Positions 36,149 to 45,786 of a stretch of DNA of 63,552 nt are shown in pieces; positions within the stretch are counted from its first letter, which is position 1; the number at the start of each line of letters is the position of its first letter. The stretch is from a virus (lineage: Duplodnaviria > Caudoviricetes). The notes under the pieces were generated by a model. It was not told the DNA's origin. It saw only the letters and a program-made list of their open reading frames with translations, and ran no database searches. The position numbers were made by a program, and so were the translations under genes. The stretch is taken from positions 1-63,552 of IMG/VR virus record IMGVR_UViG_3300037458_000177; one strand, given 5' to 3'.

Positions 36149-37668
36149 TCGCAGTTCCTCTTCCACAAGAGAAACGGAATTACGTCACCTACTTTCCTAA
36201 GCATAAGATACTGCCATATAACGGGGGCGAACTACTTGTCGTACCCCGTGCTATGGAGTATGCGCTTGAGCTTAAACGGCTTGGGCTTACGAATACGCAA
36301 CTTACTCGTAACTTTAAATACCCCGGAAAGTGGAAGCCATTCAATCACCAGATAGCTACAACAGAATTTCTAGTACCCAATATGCGGGCATTCTGCCTAA
36401 ACGATATGGGTACTGGAAAGACTGCCGCATGTATTTGGGCGGCAGAATTCTTGCGGGCAGCAGGGCTAGTTCGCAGGGTCATGATCGTATCTTTGATTTC
36501 TTGCATGAAGTCAGTATGGGAGAGCGAACTATTTGGCATTTGTCCGCAGCGTAATACTGCGGTATGCTACGGTGATCCCGAACTTCGCCGAGCAATCATC
36601 GACAACGAGCCTGACTACCTTATCATTAACCCAGACGGCATTAAGATCGTAGAGAAAGAGCTTAGGCTTTATCAGCCAGACTTGATTATTGTAGATGAAG
36701 CTAGCGCATACAAGCATCCGAACACGAAAAAGTACAAGGCACTTCAGCGAATTGTCAAACCCGAAACTAGGGTATGGCTCTTAACTGGTACGCCTACTGC
36801 CACTGCACCAACTGACGTGTACGGGCTAGTAAAGCTAGTTAACCCGCATGCAATGGTGGATAGCTTCGCGCAGTTTAAGAACAACATTATGATTCGGATA
36901 TCCAACTTCAAATGGATACCGAAGAGTAACGCTATTGAGACTGTAATGGAGTACATGAAACCGGCCATACGATTTTCCAAAGAAGATTGTTTGGATATGC
37001 CGCCGGTCACGTACACCTATCGGCAAGCTAATCTATCGAAGGAACAGCGCGACGCATTCAACAACATGCTTAGCTTCTATCGTGTTGAGCGCGGCCAAGG
37101 CATACCTATTACAGCAGTCAATGCTGCGGCTAAGCTAACTAAGCTACGACAGATATGTATGGGTGTTGTATATGACGACGAGCATGTTCATCAATACTTG
37201 GACTGTTCGCCGCGACTAGACTGCCTCGACGAGATCATCGACGAAGCGGGCGACAAGTGTGTTATCTTTGTTCCATTCAAAGGAGTAATGAGTATTGTCC
37301 AGAAGCATCTAGCGAAGCGCTTCAAGGTAGCCGTGATCTCTGGGGATACATCTATGAAGGCGCGAACGGAAATCTTCGGCGAGTTCCAGAACTCTTCGAG
37401 CCTGCAACATATCATAGCGCATCCTGCTACTACATCACACGGTATATCACTTACCCGATCACATAACAGCATATGGTATGGACCTGAACAGAATCCAGAA
37501 TACTACATACAAGCTAATAATCGAATGGACCGGCCCGGTCAGGTTCATCCAGTAACAATCAGCCGCATTATGGCAGACCCATTCGAGCAGAAACTTTATC
37601 AGGCGCTAGCCGACAAGGAACATTTTCAAGATTCGCTTCTTGATTTATATTCGGAGTTGACAGCGTGA
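36127..37668 (+). CDS. SNF2-family DEAD-like helicase
   Basis: PFNHQ, DMGTGKT, IVDEAS, LTGTP, HGISLT, QANNRMDRPGQ. Confidence 0.92.
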   Translation: MHVSNNVIAVPLPQEKRNYVTYFPKHKILPYNGGELLVVPRAMEYALELKRLGLTNTQLTRNFKYPGKWKPFNHQIATTEFLVPNMRAFCLNDMGTGKTAACIWAAEFLRAAGLVRRVMIVSLISCMKSVWESELFGICPQRNTAVCYGDPELRRAIIDNEPDYLIINPDGIKIVEKELRLYQPDLIIVDEASAYKHPNTKKYKALQRIVKPETRVWLLTGTPTATAPTDVYGLVKLVNPHAMVDSFAQFKNNIMIRISNFKWIPKSNAIETVMEYMKPAIRFSKEDCLDMPPVTYTYRQANLSKEQRDAFNNMLSFYRVERGQGIPITAVNAAAKLTKLRQICMGVVYDDEHVHQYLDCSPRLDCLDEIIDEAGDKCVIFVPFKGVMSIVQKHLAKRFKVAVISGDTSMKARTEIFGEFQNSSSLQHIIAHPATTSHGISLTRSHNSIWYGPEQNPEYYIQANNRMDRPGQVHPVTISRIMADPFEQKLYQALADKEHFQDSLLDLYSELTA

Positions 37669-37685
37669 CCTGTCTATGCTAAGAT
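37657..37685 (+). promoter_or_regulatory. Sigma70-type promoter TTGACA-17-TAAGAT with extended -10 TGn
   Basis: TTGACA at 37657, TGC-TAAGAT at 37677-37685, 24 nt before the next ATG. Confidence 0.7.
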
Positions 37686-37709
37686 ACACGACCCTAAGAG
37701 AAAAACGCC

Positions 37710-38102
37710 ATGTCCCAGATAAGTGTCGATGATGTTATCGGTAAATACATAGCGCTCCGCGATGAGCGGACGGACCTACGTAAAAAATACGAGCGGGAGG
37801 ATGAAGTTCTAATTGAACAGATGAATAAGATAGAAGCATGGTTGAAAGCTATGCAAGTAAAGTTAGGTGTTACGCAGTTCAAGGGCAGCAACGGCATTGC
37901 ATACCAGCAGCCGCGTACTAGATTCACCTGCGTCGATTGGGGAGTATTCCATAACTGGATACTTGAACATCGCCGTTTGGATATGCTGGAGAAAAGGGTA
38001 GGCCAAGGTGCGCTGAAAGAGTTTCGAGAAGAAACTAATACAATACCTCCCGGCCTGAATGTGTTTACCGACTCTGAAATCGTTGTCCGAAAAGGAACCT
38101 GA
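37710..38102 (+). CDS. Conserved phage replication-module protein
   Basis: YIALRD coiled coil, DW..F..WI......LEKRV, PPGLNV pattern typically found beside SSB-like genes. Confidence 0.65.
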   Translation: MSQISVDDVIGKYIALRDERTDLRKKYEREDEVLIEQMNKIEAWLKAMQVKLGVTQFKGSNGIAYQQPRTRFTCVDWGVFHNWILEHRRLDMLEKRVGQGALKEFREETNTIPPGLNVFTDSEIVVRKGT

Positions 38103-38105
38103 GAA

Positions 38106-38384
38106 ATGGGCGATCATGATTTAGATTTTGGGCTAGCGCTTCTAGCACTGCGGAACGGTGCTAGAGTTGCCCGCCAAGGTTGGAATGGTAAAGGTATGTT
38201 TGTATACCTTGTTCCCGGCAGCACCTTTCAAGTAAATCGCCCGCCGCTTCTGGGTATTTACCCAGAAGGTACGGAGATTAAATATCTTCCGCATATCGAT
38301 ATGCGTACTGCCGATGGGTCTTGTGTGCCTTGGTTGGCAAGCCAGACCGATATTCTTGCCTGTGACTGGTGTATTGTTAACTAA
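38106..38384 (+). CDS. tad2: DUF2829 / Thoeris anti-defence 2 (Tad2)-like protein
   Basis: FGLALLALRNGARVARQGWNGKGMFVYL...VPWLASQTDILACDW signature. Confidence 0.8.
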   Translation: MGDHDLDFGLALLALRNGARVARQGWNGKGMFVYLVPGSTFQVNRPPLLGIYPEGTEIKYLPHIDMRTADGSCVPWLASQTDILACDWCIVN

Positions 38385-38399
38385 CTTTGGAGAAAAGAA

Positions 38400-39398
38400 A
38401 TGAGCATGGATCTTTCTATACTGAATACTAATAGCTTGCCGGTACACTTGCAGGCTGTAAAGACTCTCGCTACCAATATCAATCTTGGCGGCTCGGTCGA
38501 TTCCCGTAACCGTATCACCATGAAGAATGGTCGGTTCATTCTGAAGGTGGCAGGCGCACAAGAGCGCGTACTGGATGTTCTGAAGTTGCCGGTTATTATT
38601 GTCGGCGCTCACGATTATGTTTCTCGTATCTGGTATAGCGAGAAGTACCAGCAGGGTGTTGCTGCTAGGCCGGGATGTTTCTCTTCTGATGGCGTAACTC
38701 CAAATGCTATGTCGCCAAAGATGCAGGCTGCGCGCTGCGATATCTGCCCGCAGAATCAGAAGGGTTCTAGCGATACTGGTGGCCGCGCCTGTTCTTTCTT
38801 CAAGCGTCTGGTTGTTCTTATTGCGGGTAAGGCTACTCCGTTTATTCTCGACGCCAAGGGTATGAGTATCTTTGGCCAAGGTAATTCTGCGGACGGCAAG
38901 TATACCCTTACTGAATACAGTAAGTTGTTGCAGGGTAAGGGTATCAACCCGTCGATGCTTGTTACGGAATTGACGTTCGACACGAATGCCAGTGTTGCCA
39001 AGTTGTTCTTTACTCCTACTGGATTTATCAGCGAGGATATGGCGGCTCAGGTCCAGACGATTCTGGCAGATCAGGAACTCATTAACGAGTACAAGTCTGT
39101 TGATCTGAATACGTTGGGCGATGAACCTGGTACTCCGCTTGCTGTGGTAAATACTGGTCCTGCGCCAAGTAATATCCAACCGCAAGCCGCACCCGCTAAA
39201 CCGGCTCCCCAGCCCGTCCAGCAAGCCGTACCCCAACCCGTTACCCCAGCAGCACCCAAGGTGCAAAAGTTCGGCGTGAGCGCTGCCGATACGCCTGTGG
39301 AAGTCCCCGTGCCTGCCCAGCAGGCAACCCCTAGCCCGACCGCAGCACCCGCCAGCACCGCTGATATCGATCAGTTGCTGGCAGGTATTGAATTCTAA
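38400..39398 (+). CDS. Putative single-stranded DNA-binding protein
   Basis: C.S.DG..P, CDICPQNQKGS, GRACSFFKRL; Pro/Ala-rich linker and acidic tail. Confidence 0.6.
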   Translation: MSMDLSILNTNSLPVHLQAVKTLATNINLGGSVDSRNRITMKNGRFILKVAGAQERVLDVLKLPVIIVGAHDYVSRIWYSEKYQQGVAARPGCFSSDGVTPNAMSPKMQAARCDICPQNQKGSSDTGGRACSFFKRLVVLIAGKATPFILDAKGMSIFGQGNSADGKYTLTEYSKLLQGKGINPSMLVTELTFDTNASVAKLFFTPTGFISEDMAAQVQTILADQELINEYKSVDLNTLGDEPGTPLAVVNTGPAPSNIQPQAAPAKPAPQPVQQAVPQPVTPAAPKVQKFGVSAADTPVEVPVPAQQATPSPTAAPASTADIDQLLAGIEF

Positions 39399-39408
39399 GT
39401 AGCGGGCT

Positions 39409-39449
39409 TGTACCCGGCGTAGATTCTTACGCCGGGTACACTTTTGTTT
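39409..39449 (+). terminator. Intrinsic terminator
   Basis: 13-bp stem TGTACCCGGCGTA/TACGCCGGGTACA followed by CTTTTGTTT. Confidence 0.75.
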
Positions 39450-39463
39450 ACGGGAGACTATAA

Positions 39464-39805
39464 ATGTTTATTACTAATAAGCGCCGGGAGATATACGGTA
39501 GCTCCCCTTTCAGCGCTGCTATCTTTAATGCTGACGTAAGTATTGGTGTAATAGCGGAAGTGATGGGCGTAACAAGGCAAACAATATATACATGGTTTGA
39601 CAAGAATAAGAAAGTAGATTTCGCCAGTGGCGTGAAGCGCATTGCTCTCACGCATGCGTTAGAAGAACTAATTGAGGAAGGAAAGTTTCCTTCGCCTATT
39701 GGCAAAAAAGAAAAGATCAGACTAATTCGGATGTACTTTCATAAGCACCTGTATCGTGTAGCGGAAAGCACAGGGGAAGAAATGCCTGATGGTTTGATGG
39801 GGTAA
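39464..39805 (+). CDS. HTH DNA-binding protein
   Basis: IAEVMGVTRQTIYTW helix-turn-helix. Confidence 0.8.
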   Translation: MFITNKRREIYGSSPFSAAIFNADVSIGVIAEVMGVTRQTIYTWFDKNKKVDFASGVKRIALTHALEELIEEGKFPSPIGKKEKIRLIRMYFHKHLYRVAESTGEEMPDGLMG

Positions 39806-39807
39806 TC

Positions 39808-42645
39808 ATGACCCCGCAAGAATTTCTGGCGCACGTACTTCCTACGAACGGGCTTTATTGCCTCGCCATGAAATCTAGTACAGGAGTAAGGCATAGAACC
39901 TACGAACTGATTGATGATCTGGTGAATGATGCAATAGAACTGAATGCCCAAGGGCAGGATGTTTATTTCTGCATATCCACGCTCAGAGATCGCGCCGTAA
40001 TAATTGACGCCAAGAGTAGGGTGCGTGTAGGCCAGAACTGTCTGGAGACTCGCTCGCTTATTCTGGACGTAGATATTCGGGACGATAAGCCGGGACATCA
40101 CACAGATAAGAAAGAAGCTCTTGTCGAAGTAGCGGCGCTTGCAAAAGAAATTCTGTTGGGTACTCCCACCATAGTATTTACTGGTGGCGGTTTCCATGTC
40201 TACTGGACTGCGGACACTTCCCTATCTGCTGATGATTTTGCCAGTAAGAGTGCGTACTTTAAGAATTTGGTTGTTGAGAAGTACCCTAGACTTGCTGCTG
40301 ATCCGACACGTATCGCAGATAGAACAAGTCTGCTGCGCATACCGGGATGCACGAATCAGAAGCGACAAGCCACTGTCGTAGTTTTACGTAAAGGTGACGT
40401 GTTCCCTATCAATGCGGTTGCTACATGGACAGCGCAGACGGGTAAAATAAATGGTAATCATACCAAGCTCAGTATCTTTTCCAAGTCTCCGCCAGTAAAG
40501 CTCGATAAGGTTATTGAGAACTGCGCGCAGATGAAAGAAATGCTGGATACTGGCGGCGCAAACTGTACCGAGCCGCTATGGTACGCCGGCTTGAATCTAG
40601 TAAAGCACGGGGAGAATCCGAATGAATGGGCACACAAAATATCTGAAGGACATGCTGGATACTCGCATGCTGCAACTGAAGCAAAGCTGGCCCAAGCTAC
40701 AGGAGTGGGTAGTGGTCCCACTACTTGCAGGCATTTTGATGGGCTTAATCATGCTGCTTGTCTTGCCTGCCCCTATTACGGGAAGATAACTTCCCCGATT
40801 CAATTGGCATCTGGTACTACTGCTGTTGTCGTAGTGGTTCCACCGATCTCGTTTACTCCCCCGTGGCCGTATCGTCGCCGATCTACAGGCGGAATTGAAG
40901 TTGTCCCAGAAGAAGGGGCACCGCCAGAACTGGTATATGACTATGATCTATTTCCAGTTAAGAAACTTCGGGATGAAAGCTCGGGCGAATGGCTGATCCG
41001 ATATAAATACTTTCAGCCTATTGATGGTTGGCGAGAGGAGACTGCGGCGCTATCTGATTTCTACGATAAGAAATCAGCGTTCAAGGTACTGATGAAAGGC
41101 GGTGTTGTTCCTACGTTCGGTCAAGGTTCCAAAGCATATAACGTAGGAAGATATATGGTAGAGAGCATACGGGCGCTTGAGAAAACTCAGGGTTCAGCTA
41201 GTATGTATAGTCAACTCGGTTGGAGACACGATGATACTGCGTTTGTTGTGGGTAATAGGATGTATGCGCCGGGAGTTATTTCGTCGGTTGAAACGTCAGG
41301 AGCGCTGAAGCAACTTGTATCCAAGTTTAATATAGCCGGATCATTGCAGCGCTGGGTTGATGTGTTTGATGCATATAACCAACCGGGGCTTGAGCCATAT
41401 GCGTTCGGAGCCTTGATGGCATTCGCTAGCCCGCTGTATAAGTTCACCGGCCATAGCGGCATTATCTTCAATATGGTTGGTGAGAAAGGTAGTGGCAAGA
41501 GTACCGTGCTGAAAGTCATCGCTTCAGTATGGATGAAACCAGAAGAACAATTGCTGAAAGAAAGCGATACAGTTAATAGCGCCGAAGTAATTCTCGGAGC
41601 TATGCACAATTTGCCAGTGATGTATGATGAGATCACCAACATCGACGATAAGAAACTGAGCGACCTTTGCTACAACATCACTCAGGGTCGCGGTAGAAAT
41701 CGCCTACATTCTAATGCTTCGTTGAAAGCTAACACTGCTACGTGGGCGCTGGTTATGTGTTCATCCAGTAATCTATCACTGGTAGACAAGCTCTCGCAGC
41801 AAAAGGCTAACTCGTCAGCAGAAGCTATTCGTGTCTTTGAGATTCGCGTAGATGGTAATGTTGTGATCGATAAGACTATGGCAGATGCAGCGTTCCGCAA
41901 GTTGGAAAGAAACTACGGTACTGCGGGCGACGTGTATGCCAAGTATCTTGTGGAAAATAAGGATGCTGTGGTGCAGCAACTAGAAGATGCTATCATCCAG
42001 ATTGATCGGGAGCTAGGCATTAAAAGCCCTGAACGATTCTGGTCGGCTCTTCTGGCATGCGTCATGGTAGGTGGAGAAATTGCAAAGAGTCTCGGACTAC
42101 ACAGGTATGATATGGACAAGTTATATGCATGGTCGGCCAAGCACATTGCCAGTATGCGAACCAATGTGGAAGAGAAAACCGCGGACCCGCTTTCTGTCCT
42201 CGGTAACTTCTTTGCTAGTAAGATTCGTAATACCATCGTAATTGTGCAGGGCAAACTTCGTGACTCGCTTATGCCCCATCTGCGGGATACGCCACAGATA
42301 CGTATAGAAGTTGACCCCGGTGCGGCGGTAGCTTTCATCGAAGTTAAAGCACTAACAGACTACTGTAAGTTCAATAACGTATCGTTATCTTGGTGGGAAA
42401 CTCGTATGCGCAATATGGGTATACTCGTCGAGACTAATAAGAGCAAAAGATTGACCGCAGGCTGCAACGATTTACCCTCGATATCCGTAAAGACTTGGGT
42501 ATTAAATCTTACTAAGCAAGAGTTCCGCGAAGATATCGAGCGGATCATAACTGGCCAAGAAGCAATCAGTAGAAGTCTCGAACCAGTATCGAAGAACGCA
42601 AAATATGTCACGGTTTCGCCCAAAGATAATACTGCCGGAGAATGA
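39808..42645 (+). CDS. Primase-helicase (primase N-terminus, Cys cluster, DUF927 P-loop domain)
   Basis: LDVD, TGGGFHVYW, LLRIPG; EPLWY; C...C..C..ITSPIQL; GEKGSGKST; DEITN. Confidence 0.9.
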   Translation: MTPQEFLAHVLPTNGLYCLAMKSSTGVRHRTYELIDDLVNDAIELNAQGQDVYFCISTLRDRAVIIDAKSRVRVGQNCLETRSLILDVDIRDDKPGHHTDKKEALVEVAALAKEILLGTPTIVFTGGGFHVYWTADTSLSADDFASKSAYFKNLVVEKYPRLAADPTRIADRTSLLRIPGCTNQKRQATVVVLRKGDVFPINAVATWTAQTGKINGNHTKLSIFSKSPPVKLDKVIENCAQMKEMLDTGGANCTEPLWYAGLNLVKHGENPNEWAHKISEGHAGYSHAATEAKLAQATGVGSGPTTCRHFDGLNHAACLACPYYGKITSPIQLASGTTAVVVVVPPISFTPPWPYRRRSTGGIEVVPEEGAPPELVYDYDLFPVKKLRDESSGEWLIRYKYFQPIDGWREETAALSDFYDKKSAFKVLMKGGVVPTFGQGSKAYNVGRYMVESIRALEKTQGSASMYSQLGWRHDDTAFVVGNRMYAPGVISSVETSGALKQLVSKFNIAGSLQRWVDVFDAYNQPGLEPYAFGALMAFASPLYKFTGHSGIIFNMVGEKGSGKSTVLKVIASVWMKPEEQLLKESDTVNSAEVILGAMHNLPVMYDEITNIDDKKLSDLCYNITQGRGRNRLHSNASLKANTATWALVMCSSSNLSLVDKLSQQKANSSAEAIRVFEIRVDGNVVIDKTMADAAFRKLERNYGTAGDVYAKYLVENKDAVVQQLEDAIIQIDRELGIKSPERFWSALLACVMVGGEIAKSLGLHRYDMDKLYAWSAKHIASMRTNVEEKTADPLSVLGNFFASKIRNTIVIVQGKLRDSLMPHLRDTPQIRIEVDPGAAVAFIEVKALTDYCKFNNVSLSWWETRMRNMGILVETNKSKRLTAGCNDLPSISVKTWVLNLTKQEFREDIERIITGQEAISRSLEPVSKNAKYVTVSPKDNTAGE

Positions 42646-43147
42646 CGCGGGCTTAGCCCAACGTCGCAAGGCTCAAACAATGGCTACTGCGGGATATAAG
42701 GTAGTAGGTTCAAGCGCAGTACGCGATCCTGATACTTCACAATACTATACAGATAAGCAATGGTATGGGCTTATGAAAGGCGATAAGTTTCCAGTTGATA
42801 TAGAAACAGAACTGAAGATTCTCACTGCGCTTCGGAGCATCCTCTCTATCGAATCTCGCTGGGCTAAGGGCGCACTATGTAGACTTGGCGGTGGAAAAAG
42901 CTGGCATAGAGTATCGGACCCGAACGTCACCTGTTGGTGTATTGTCGGAGCGCTAGATAGAATTAAAGATAAGAACTACGCAGTGTTAGGGGTACATGCA
43001 GATAGATTGTATAATAAACTTACTAGTCTAGCTAGTAAGCTAGGTTTCAAATACTTGGAGGACTTCAACGATGACCCGCGCGTAACGCACGAACATCTGA
43101 AAAAATTTCTAGAGAAAGCAGAGCAAGCAATAGGAGAAAAGAAATGA
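42605..43147 (+). CDS. Hypothetical protein (DUF6197-like C-terminal half); start uncertain
   Basis: RWAKGAL...CWCIVGAL...FNDDP..TH pattern. Confidence 0.55.
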   Translation: MSRFRPKIILPENDAGLAQRRKAQTMATAGYKVVGSSAVRDPDTSQYYTDKQWYGLMKGDKFPVDIETELKILTALRSILSIESRWAKGALCRLGGGKSWHRVSDPNVTCWCIVGALDRIKDKNYAVLGVHADRLYNKLTSLASKLGFKYLEDFNDDPRVTHEHLKKFLEKAEQAIGEKK

Positions 43148-43371
43148 GCTATACTCCGATTCCCAAAGGATTATTGCCGGAATTTCTCGCCGAACTTGAT
43201 GCGGCGGACGACGATGATGCCCCTGATGGTGCGTGGTGGCAAATACTCGAAGATACCGCTGCGGAATTTATACGACGACACAAATTACGCGGTTGCGCAA
43301 ATTCTGCAACCCACCAGTGGGTTAGAGCACGTTTTACTAGAACAAAGCAAGTAGCTGGAGAAAAGAAATGA
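43144..43371 (+). CDS. Hypothetical protein flanked by 17-nt direct repeats
   Basis: GGAGAAAAGAAATGAGC at both ends. Confidence 0.7.
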   Translation: MSYTPIPKGLLPEFLAELDAADDDDAPDGAWWQILEDTAAEFIRRHKLRGCANSATHQWVRARFTRTKQVAGEKK

Positions 43372-43541
43372 GCGTGTTCGATACCCCAACAGGAATTTAT
43401 TGGCGCAAGACAAACGAGTTGCGCTTTGTTACCCGCATACTGCCAGAGACTCAGAGTAAAGTAAAGATTCTTCAGCAGATGATGCAGTCGAGTTTTGGCG
43501 AGCTAGTCTGGGAAGATGTACCCTTGGTAGAGGAAGATTAA
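43368..43541 (+). CDS. Small hypothetical protein (57 aa, not in the ORF track)
   Basis: GGAG RBS; MSVFDTPTGIYWRKTNELRF...ILQQ...WEDVPLVEED. Confidence 0.65.
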   Translation: MSVFDTPTGIYWRKTNELRFVTRILPETQSKVKILQQMMQSSFGELVWEDVPLVEED

Positions 43542-43542
43542 C

Positions 43543-43734
43543 ATGAACCGAGCTAAATTTACGATAACTGTAGTAGGATATACCGATCTCAATCCCGAAC
43601 ACTACGCTGACGGTAGCACTGTTCAAGAAATGATCGATGCGAATACGAATGATATTACTCAAGAGATACATAGTGCAAGCTATTTCTTTCTTGAACAGCC
43701 TGAAATTAAAGTTATCTCGGAGTTATTGCCATGA
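43543..43734 (+). CDS. Hypothetical protein
   Basis: GAGGA RBS. Confidence 0.6.
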   Translation: MNRAKFTITVVGYTDLNPEHYADGSTVQEMIDANTNDITQEIHSASYFFLEQPEIKVISELLP

Positions 43735-44261
43735 ACCACTGCATGATTGACATCGAAACACTGGACGTTCGCCCGACTGCGGTAGTGCTGTCTATCGGCG
43801 CTACAGTATTTGATGAGAACGGTATCCAAGATAAGTTCTATCGGGTCATCGATCTGAAAGATTATGATAGGTATCCGCAGTGTACGATGGGTACGGGTAC
43901 AATTCTTTGGTGGATGCAGCAATCTGAAGCTGCGCGAAAAGCACTTACTTCTGCGGCCACTCCGATCCTTACCGTACTTGATGAACTCGCTGCGTTCTAC
44001 CTTATCCCCGGTTGCGGTAAAGTATGGGCTAACGGTGCGCAGTTTGATATCGTAATTCTGGAACATCTATATGGAGTTGCTGGACGTAAGGCTCCGTGGA
44101 AATACAATCATGTGATGGACTATCGCACGATTAAGAACGTATTCTGGAATATCGCTGCGGATAAGCTGCAAGATGGGGTTGCCCATAATGCACTATCAGA
44201 TGCAGAGTACCAGACAAAGCATCTGATTAAAATCAATCGGGGAGTCGGAGGGATTCTGTGA
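43731..44261 (+). CDS. DEDDh 3'-5' exonuclease (Rv2179c/Exo VIII N-terminal-like)
   Basis: MIDIETL, WANGAQFD, HNALSDA. Confidence 0.88.
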   Translation: MNHCMIDIETLDVRPTAVVLSIGATVFDENGIQDKFYRVIDLKDYDRYPQCTMGTGTILWWMQQSEAARKALTSAATPILTVLDELAAFYLIPGCGKVWANGAQFDIVILEHLYGVAGRKAPWKYNHVMDYRTIKNVFWNIAADKLQDGVAHNALSDAEYQTKHLIKINRGVGGIL

Positions 44262-44620
44262 ACTTCGCAGATTCGGAATTACAACGTATGAGATCATTAC
44301 GTAGTCCTTGGCGCAAGGGACCATTCTGCGCCACTAAAAAAGCCGAAGCATCTTTTGATACGGAAATTCTGGATACGCTCGTGAAGAAACTTCCGCCGAA
44401 GATCGATATGTCTTTCCCAAAACAATGGGAGAGAATTCTGCAAGCTGCCAAGAAACTTGGCAGATTTACCATGCACGAACTTGCTACTGAATCCAAGGCG
44501 GGCAAGGGCGCAGTGAATAAATTCTGCATGCAATTCTGTAAAGTATCAGGCGGAACAGAAGGCAGGCAGTACCGTGGCAGTATCGCCATTATCTACGAAC
44601 CAAAGGAGATCGTTCAATGA
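44258..44620 (+). CDS. Hypothetical protein (possible winged helix)
   Basis: GTGA coupling. Confidence 0.55.
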   Translation: MNFADSELQRMRSLRSPWRKGPFCATKKAEASFDTEILDTLVKKLPPKIDMSFPKQWERILQAAKKLGRFTMHELATESKAGKGAVNKFCMQFCKVSGGTEGRQYRGSIAIIYEPKEIVQ

Positions 44621-44922
44621 ACACTGTTACTATCAAGATGGCAGACGGAACCGACAATATTGTGCCGGTGCAGCAACTGGCAGTTGAGGGTATGCGTATC
44701 AGTATCTCGGCCAACGGTCGGGAAGCACTGAAGAAGATGTCGGATAATTCAGTGCATGTCGAAGCGCGTAATGACGCAAATAGTTTGCTATGGCTTGCGA
44801 CCTTTGGCCCGGTGCTGTTCAGCATTCTAGCGCAGCACGAAGCTGCATCGAATATCGCCATGCAGAAGGCTGCTGCCGAAAAGGAAGCCGGAAATGAAGA
44901 AGCCAGTCAAGCCGTCAACTGA
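44617..44922 (+). CDS. Hypothetical protein
   Basis: AAGGAG RBS. Confidence 0.7.
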   Translation: MNTVTIKMADGTDNIVPVQQLAVEGMRISISANGREALKKMSDNSVHVEARNDANSLLWLATFGPVLFSILAQHEAASNIAMQKAAAEKEAGNEEASQAVN

Positions 44923-45232
44923 AATAGGTATGCGGTTTAACGATGATAAGCCGCAGCTTAATTACGTATTGACTGGCAAGCATGCGCTTGCTGGACTCGC
45001 GGCGGTAATGCAGTATGGGGCAACCAAGTATTCCAGAAATAACTGGCGTAAGGGGTTGCCTCATACAGAGATTGTTGATAGCATGATGCGGCATCTAGCC
45101 GCGTATGTGTCTGGCGAGAATAATGATCCTGAAAGCGGACTGCCGCACATAGATCATATTCTATGCAATGCATTCTTCTTAGCGGAGATAGCACGCACTA
45201 AGCCGGAGCTTGATAATCGCGAGGGCGTATAG
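44894..45232 (+). CDS. DUF5664 dATP/dGTP diphosphohydrolase-like protein
   Basis: GMRFNDDKP, YGATKY..NNWRKG, RHL, DPESGLPHIDH..CN. Confidence 0.8.
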   Translation: MKKPVKPSTEIGMRFNDDKPQLNYVLTGKHALAGLAAVMQYGATKYSRNNWRKGLPHTEIVDSMMRHLAAYVSGENNDPESGLPHIDHILCNAFFLAEIARTKPELDNREGV

Positions 45233-45297
45233 CTCAATGGTAGAGCAGGAGACTCATAATCTCTTGGTTGTAGGTTCGAGTCCTACTGCGCCCACCA
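45223..45297 (+). tRNA. tRNA with CAT anticodon, most likely tRNA-Ile2 (lysidine-modified, reads AUA)
   Basis: Full cloverleaf: GGGCGTA/TGCGCCC acceptor, GGAGA-CTCATAA-TCTCT anticodon arm, GTTCGAG T-loop, encoded CCA; lacks initiator features. Confidence 0.9.
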
Positions 45298-45312
45298 ACA
45301 GGAAAAATTAAG

Positions 45313-45513
45313 ATGAAAAATTGCTACTTGGTTATAGTCCAAGGTAAGAAGAAACAGTGGCCCCAAAAAATCTGGATGAGTCCAGAAGAGGCGGTCAATA
45401 TGGATATCGACGGTGTAGATGTAGCGCTATTCATACGACCCTTGCCTAGTTGGATGTACGCTATAAAAGATTTCTGTGTTGACGTATTCAACTTCAGAAA
45501 CCCCATGCGGTAA
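45313..45513 (+). CDS. Hypothetical protein
   Basis: AGGA RBS; last plus-strand gene. Confidence 0.55.
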   Translation: MKNCYLVIVQGKKKQWPQKIWMSPEEAVNMDIDGVDVALFIRPLPSWMYAIKDFCVDVFNFRNPMR

Positions 45514-45545
45514 TAAAAAACCCGGCGAAAGCCGGGTTTTTTATT
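45512..45545. terminator. Bidirectional terminator between the convergent genome arms
   Basis: AATAAAAAA-CCCGGC-GAAA-GCCGGG-TTTTTTATT. Confidence 0.92.
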
Positions 45546-45549
45546 TGTG

Positions 45550-45786
45550 CTACTTATCTACTGGATCAACTGGGCCGATTATACCGACAGGTACGTAGTT
45601 CGCTGTATCCATATAGGCCAGCGGACCTTGATCCAGTTCGACATAATCCCACTTGGTAAAAACTTGGATGCTGTTGTTTTCACCAATGATATATTTAACA
45701 TTGCCGTCGAAGTCGCTCATTACGGCGGCACCTTGGAATACAACACGCATGCCGTTTACTCGATACTTTACTCGTTGAAGTTTCAT
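45550..45786 (-). CDS. Hypothetical protein
   Basis: ATGA coupling; last late gene. Confidence 0.6.
   Translation of the reverse strand: MKLQRVKYRVNGMRVVFQGAAVMSDFDGNVKYIIGENNSIQVFTKWDYVELDQGPLAYMDTANYVPVGIIGPVDPVDK

Noticed and set aside
44894-45232. 2-aminoadenine (Z) or other modified-base pathway
   Set aside because: A DUF5664-like gene is present, but no PurZ, queuosine-pathway or other base-modification genes are recognisable.
45223-45297. Initiator tRNA-fMet, or an attP site
   Set aside because: It has a paired 1:72 and lacks the three G-C anticodon-stem pairs of initiators; no integrase is present to support an att role.
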